This document shows, one piece after another, positions 59,737-64,000 of a stretch of DNA of 64,000 nt; position 1 is the first letter of the stretch; the number at the start of each line of letters is the position of its first letter. The position numbers and the translations under genes were made by a program. The notes under the pieces were generated by a model. The model worked only from the letters and a program-made list of their open reading frames with translations, was not told the origin of the DNA and ran no database searches. The DNA is from Acidobacteriota bacterium (GTDB lineage Bacteria; Acidobacteriota; Vicinamibacteria; Vicinamibacterales; 2-12-FULL-66-21): contig JANMCN010000276.1 of the NCBI GenBank assembly GCA_031361295.1, forward strand, positions 771-64,770, read 5' to 3'.

Positions 59737-62388
59737 ATGCGGCCACGAATCCTGACCATCTGGGCGTTCGTCATCCTAATCGCAAGCAGCACAGCCTACG
59801 GTCAGGCACCAAAGCTGCGCCTGGCCGAAGTCCAGGACGTCAACCCCAGCAGTTACCAAATCGATCTGACACTGGATCCAGCCAGGGACACCTTCACGGG
59901 TTCCATCGTGATTCAACTGGAGATCAGGAAGCCGCTTCACACGTTGTGGCTGAACCAGCAGAAGACCACCGTACGGACAACGTCCCTGAAGGCCGCCGGC
60001 AAGACGACAACGGCAAAAGCGCTGCCCGGCGGCGACGACTTCGTGGGATTTCAGTTCGATTCGCCGATCCCCGCCGGATCCGCTGAGCTCGCCATCAATT
60101 ACTCGGGCGTGATCGTCACTAATAGCACCGCCGCGATCTTTCGCCGGACCGACCGCGACAAGGCTTACCTCTTCACGCAGTTCGAAGCCACCGATGCGCG
60201 CGGTGCGTTTCCATGTTTCGACGAGCCTTCCTACAAGACGCCCTGGCAGCTGACGCTGCACGTCCCCGCCGGGGATACGGCCATCAGCAACACCGGCATT
60301 GCGTCGGAGAAAGATGAGGGCGGCACCAGGACCGTCGTCTTCCGTCAGACCAGGCCTCTCCCGAGCTATCTCGTCGCCTTCGGTGTCGGACCTTTCGAGT
60401 TCGTGGATGCCGGGACGGCCGGCCGGAACCATGTCCCCGTCCGCATCGTCGTCCCCGAGGGCCACACCGCTGAAGCGAAATACGCGGCGCAGATCACCGG
60501 CGAGATCATTTCCCGCCACGAGCAATACTTCGGTATTCCCTATCCGTACGACAAGGCTGACCAGGTGGCGGTCCCTGAGTTCCCGGGTGCCATGGAGAAT
60601 CCGGGGATGGTGACGTATGGCCAGACGCTGATTTTGTCCAGACCCGAAACCGACAGCATCAACCGCCAGCGGTTGTTTGCGGTGGTCGCGGCACACGAGC
60701 TCGCCCACCAGTGGTTCGGCGATCTCGTGACGACGGCCTGGTGGAATGACATCTGGTTGAACGAGGCCTTCGCGACGTGGATGGAACAGAAGTTCATCGC
60801 CGACTGGAAACCCGAATGGAAGACCCGCGTCAGGGACGTTGACGCCAAGCTCGTGGCCGAGCGTGAGGACAGCCTGATTTCCGCACGCAGGGTTCGCCAG
60901 CCGATCGAGTCGAAAGACGATATCAACAACGCCTTCGACGCGATTACGTATGACAAGGGCGCGGCGGTCATCGGCATGTTCGAGAGATGGATCGGGCCGG
61001 GGGAATTTCAGAAGGGCGTTCAGGACTACATGAAGCGCTACGCCTTCAAGGCCACGACGTCAGACGACTTTCTTGGCGCGATCGGCCAGGCCGCCCACCG
61101 GGATGTGAGCAAGGCGTTTTCGGCGTTCCTCGATCAGCCAGGCGTCCCTGTCGTGTCGGTCCGCCTGGCATGCGAGCCGGGAGGGCCCGCCACTCTGCAC
61201 CTCGAGCAGCGCCGCTTCGTGCCCCTGGGCTCCAAGGGCTCCGCCGATCAGGTCTGGCAGGTGCCCATCTGTATCCGCTATGGAAACGGGGACACGGGCG
61301 AGCGCGCCTGCACGCTGTTGACCGAGCCTGCGGCGGAGTGGAAGTTGAAAGCGAACAGCTGTCCCGCATGGGTGGAGGCCAATGACGACGCCCTCGGCTA
61401 CTACCGAGTGGACTATCAGGGGGGTCTCCTCCAGTCGCTGACGCAGGGCGCGGTCGATCGCCGTCTCACCGCAACCGAGCGGGTGGACTTCATGGGCAAC
61501 GCGCAGGCCCTTTCGTCTGCCGGGAAACTGCCGGTCGCCGACGCGCTCGGCCTTGTCTCCACATTCCATGCAGACTCAGAGCGCCACGTGGTCCAGACGG
61601 CACTGGATCTCGCGCTTTCTCCCCGATCCCGGCTGGTCCCTGGAGAGCTGATGCCGCAGTACCGGCGCTTCCTGCTCCAGAATTTCCAGGCCCGCGCGCA
61701 TGAGCTCGGCTGGGTGCCCACGCCGGGTGAGCCGGACGACATCCGTCTGTTGCGTCCCCGTTTAGTCCAGGCCGTAGCGACCTGGGGGGGCGACCAGGAG
61801 TTTGCCCGCCGGGCGACCGAGCTCGCGGACAAGTGGTTGCAGGACCGCCAGTCCGTCGATCCCAATATGCTCGACGCGGTCCTTGGGACCGCTGCGTTCT
61901 ACGGGGACAAAGGACTGTTTAATCGCTTTCTCGCCAACTTCAAGAACACGCAGGACAAGCAGCTCCGCGGACAGCTGGTCAGGGCCATGGGCTCCTTCCG
62001 CGATCCCGCAGCGATCGAAGCCGGCATGAACGCGCTGGTTGCCGGTGATGTGCCGTTCACCGAGGGAGGGGGCCTGCTCTTTGCCGGGCTGGACGAGCCT
62101 TCCACGCGCAGGCGCCCTTTTGAATTCGTGAAGGCACACTTCGATCAGATCGTCGCCAGGATGCCGACCGGCGGCACGTTCGACTTCGGAACGGCCCTCC
62201 CGCATGTGGGCGACTCGTTCTGTGATGAGGCGTCCCGCTCCGAGTTACAGGCGTTCTTCCAGCCGCTCGTCGAGAGATTCGCCGGCGCCCCACGCACCTT
62301 GAATCAGGTGCTCGAGCGCATCGATCTGTGCATCGCGATGAAGGGGGCCCAGCAGCCCGGCGTAGTGTCTTTCCTGCGGAACTTCTGA
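59737..62388 (+). CDS. M1 family zinc aminopeptidase (aminopeptidase N-like), secreted
   Basis: ATG 59737 follows GGAGG. The signal peptide is 'ILTIWAFVILIASSTAYG'. The exopeptidase motif is 'FPGAMENPGMVTY'. The zinc site is 'HELAHQWFGDLVT...WLNEAFATW'. Confidence 0.92.
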   Translation: MRPRILTIWAFVILIASSTAYGQAPKLRLAEVQDVNPSSYQIDLTLDPARDTFTGSIVIQLEIRKPLHTLWLNQQKTTVRTTSLKAAGKTTTAKALPGGDDFVGFQFDSPIPAGSAELAINYSGVIVTNSTAAIFRRTDRDKAYLFTQFEATDARGAFPCFDEPSYKTPWQLTLHVPAGDTAISNTGIASEKDEGGTRTVVFRQTRPLPSYLVAFGVGPFEFVDAGTAGRNHVPVRIVVPEGHTAEAKYAAQITGEIISRHEQYFGIPYPYDKADQVAVPEFPGAMENPGMVTYGQTLILSRPETDSINRQRLFAVVAAHELAHQWFGDLVTTAWWNDIWLNEAFATWMEQKFIADWKPEWKTRVRDVDAKLVAEREDSLISARRVRQPIESKDDINNAFDAITYDKGAAVIGMFERWIGPGEFQKGVQDYMKRYAFKATTSDDFLGAIGQAAHRDVSKAFSAFLDQPGVPVVSVRLACEPGGPATLHLEQRRFVPLGSKGSADQVWQVPICIRYGNGDTGERACTLLTEPAAEWKLKANSCPAWVEANDDALGYYRVDYQGGLLQSLTQGAVDRRLTATERVDFMGNAQALSSAGKLPVADALGLVSTFHADSERHVVQTALDLALSPRSRLVPGELMPQYRRFLLQNFQARAHELGWVPTPGEPDDIRLLRPRLVQAVATWGGDQEFARRATELADKWLQDRQSVDPNMLDAVLGTAAFYGDKGLFNRFLANFKNTQDKQLRGQLVRAMGSFRDPAAIEAGMNALVAGDVPFTEGGGLLFAGLDEPSTRRRPFEFVKAHFDQIVARMPTGGTFDFGTALPHVGDSFCDEASRSELQAFFQPLVERFAGAPRTLNQVLERIDLCIAMKGAQQPGVVSFLRNF

Positions 62389-62504
62389 TCCGCGTGCCAT
62401 CGCGGCGGAAGGCGGGCTCAGCGCCGGCCGCAGGATTGAAGTCCCCTGCCCGATCCGGTACAGTCGCGGCGTTTGTGGGCACAGCGGCCCGGAGGAGCGG
62501 CAGC

Positions 62505-64000
62505 ATGGCGCAGGTCACGGGAAACTCCACGGTCCACGATGTCGTTGTCGTGGGCTCTGGTGCCGGAGGCGGGACGATGACGAAGGTGCTCGCCGACCTC
62601 GGGGTGTCGGTGCTGCTCATCGAAGCCGGGCCCCTGTTGAATCCGACGGACCTGAAGGAGCACATGTGGCCGTACCAGGCGCCGAATCGCGGCGCAGGGC
62701 CGCACGGGGAAGCCTACACGGGGGGACGCACCGGCTTCACGTACAGCGCGACCTACGGCGGGGCCCAGATCGATGGCGAGCCGTACACGGTGGCGCCCGG
62801 CAGTGACTTCTCCTGGTTCCGATCCCGGATTCTGGGTGGGCGCACGAACCATTACGGCCGCGTCACGCTTCGCATGGCGGACTACGACTTCAAGCCGCGC
62901 ACCACGGATGGCCTCGGATGGGACTGGCCGATCAGTTACGACGACATCGCGCCGTACTACGACAAGGCGGAGCGGTTCATCGGCGTCACCGGCTCGATCG
63001 AGGGCATTCGCAGCGCGCCGGACGGCATCTTCAATCCACCAGCCGCGCTGCGGGCGCACGACACGCTCGTCCAGCGATCCTGCGCGACGCTCGGGATTCG
63101 CGCGGTCGCGGCCCGGCAGTCCGTCACCACCGTCGCCAGGAACGGCCGCCCGCCGTGCCATTACTGCGGGCAGTGCGGGCGCGGCTGCAAGACCGCCTCG
63201 AACTACGCCTCGAGCTACGTGCAGATTTTTCCCGCGATGCAGACCGGTCGCGTGCAGGTCATTCCCAATGCCATGGCACGCGAACTCCTGACTGACGACA
63301 CCGGCAACGTCACGGCCGTCTCGTACATCGACAAGACCACAGGCGGCGAAAAGCAGGTGCGGTGCCGCACCGTCGTGCTCGCGGCGAGCGCGTGCGAGTC
63401 GGCGCGGCTCCTCCTCAACTCGAAGTCCCCCCGGCACCCGCAGGGGCTCGCCAACTCGTCCGGGAAGATCGGGCGCTACCTGATGGACACCGTGGGGTCG
63501 AGCCTCTCGGCGCAGGTGCCGGCGCTCTCCGGCATGCCCAGGTACAACTCGGACGGCTATGGCTCGCATCTCTACGTGCCGTGGTGGCTCTCGGATAAGC
63601 ACAGGACGCTCAACTTCCCTCGCGGATATCACATCGAAGTCGGCGGCGGCTACGGGATGCCAGGCCTCGGCTCCTTCAACGGCAGCGTGAACCGCGCGGA
63701 AGGGTACGGCCTGACGCTGAAGCAGGCCATCCGCGCCGATTACGGGACGTCGATCGGCCTGTCTGGCCGAGGCGAGATGATCCCCAACGAGCAGTCGTTC
63801 TGCGAGATCGATCCCGAGGTCAAGGACCGCTGGGGCATCCCGGTGCTCCGCTTCCACTGGGGCTGGAGCGACCACGAATTGAACCAGGTCCGCCACATGC
63901 AGCAGACCTTCCGCGCGATCCTCGAGGCCATGGGCGGCCAGATCACGGCGGGCGGCGCCCGCGGAGGAGGCGCGGGCCAGACGACCGGCACCGGTCCGCA
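62505..64000 (+). CDS. GMC family FAD-dependent oxidoreductase (3' end beyond window; absent from ORF track)
   Basis: ATG 62505 lies 7 nt after GGAGGAG. The frame is open for 498 codons to the window end. Motifs are 'DVVVVGSGAGGGTMTKVLAD', 'SRILGGRTNHYG', 'WPISYDDIAPYYDKAERFIGV' and the Cys cluster 'CHYCGQCGRGC'. Confidence 0.88.
   Translation, partial: MAQVTGNSTVHDVVVVGSGAGGGTMTKVLADLGVSVLLIEAGPLLNPTDLKEHMWPYQAPNRGAGPHGEAYTGGRTGFTYSATYGGAQIDGEPYTVAPGSDFSWFRSRILGGRTNHYGRVTLRMADYDFKPRTTDGLGWDWPISYDDIAPYYDKAERFIGVTGSIEGIRSAPDGIFNPPAALRAHDTLVQRSCATLGIRAVAARQSVTTVARNGRPPCHYCGQCGRGCKTASNYASSYVQIFPAMQTGRVQVIPNAMARELLTDDTGNVTAVSYIDKTTGGEKQVRCRTVVLAASACESARLLLNSKSPRHPQGLANSSGKIGRYLMDTVGSSLSAQVPALSGMPRYNSDGYGSHLYVPWWLSDKHRTLNFPRGYHIEVGGGYGMPGLGSFNGSVNRAEGYGLTLKQAIRADYGTSIGLSGRGEMIPNEQSFCEIDPEVKDRWGIPVLRFHWGWSDHELNQVRHMQQTFRAILEAMGGQITAGGARGGGAGQTTGTGP

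Overview
GC-rich bacterial chromosomal segment (roughly two-thirds G+C by eye, not computed). It carries about 65 protein-coding genes on both strands. I recognised no rRNA, tRNA, CRISPR array, transposase or integrase. The content is mostly housekeeping and envelope or periplasmic metabolism. Recognisable genes, in window order: cytochrome c oxidase subunits III and IV (operon cut by the window edge); a MacA-like adaptor with an ABC ATPase and two FtsX-type permeases; lepB; clpS-clpA-grpE; two M28 peptidases, pepT and an M1 aminopeptidase; a BNR/sortilin-like double propeller; an IMPDH-family gene; speA; ogt; xth; glnS; a LytTR response regulator followed by a degenerate receiver; an AraR-type regulator; a TPR-tailed Ser/Thr kinase; an ECF sigma factor; an EF-P paralog of the YeiP/EfpL type; and two GMC oxidoreductases. 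The second GMC gene runs off the 3' end and is absent from the ORF track. There are also Tat-exported Gfo/Idh/MocA and xylose-isomerase-like proteins. This gene repertoire suggests an Acidobacteriota-like soil bacterium (inference only). Most long ORFs antisense to these genes are high-GC shadow ORFs. Items worth a second look: (1) two arrays of heptanucleotide tandem repeats sharing a CAGT-ended 7-nt register, each beginning about 45 nt upstream of a minus-strand biosynthetic gene (speA, guaB-like), the speA one followed by a CGAR-periodic tract with a canonical G4 motif; (2) a membrane-anchored protein with a protein-kinase-like motif series; (3) a FliB-like Cys-cluster protein translationally coupled to pepT; (4) Tat-exported oxidoreductase/TIM-barrel/GMC genes resembling oxidative glycoside-cleavage modules; (5) a mirrored 11-nt element flanking an AT-rich divergent control region; (6) -10 boxes abutting start codons; (7) TAGTG stop/start overlaps. 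All functional calls rest on motifs read by eye. No database search was run.
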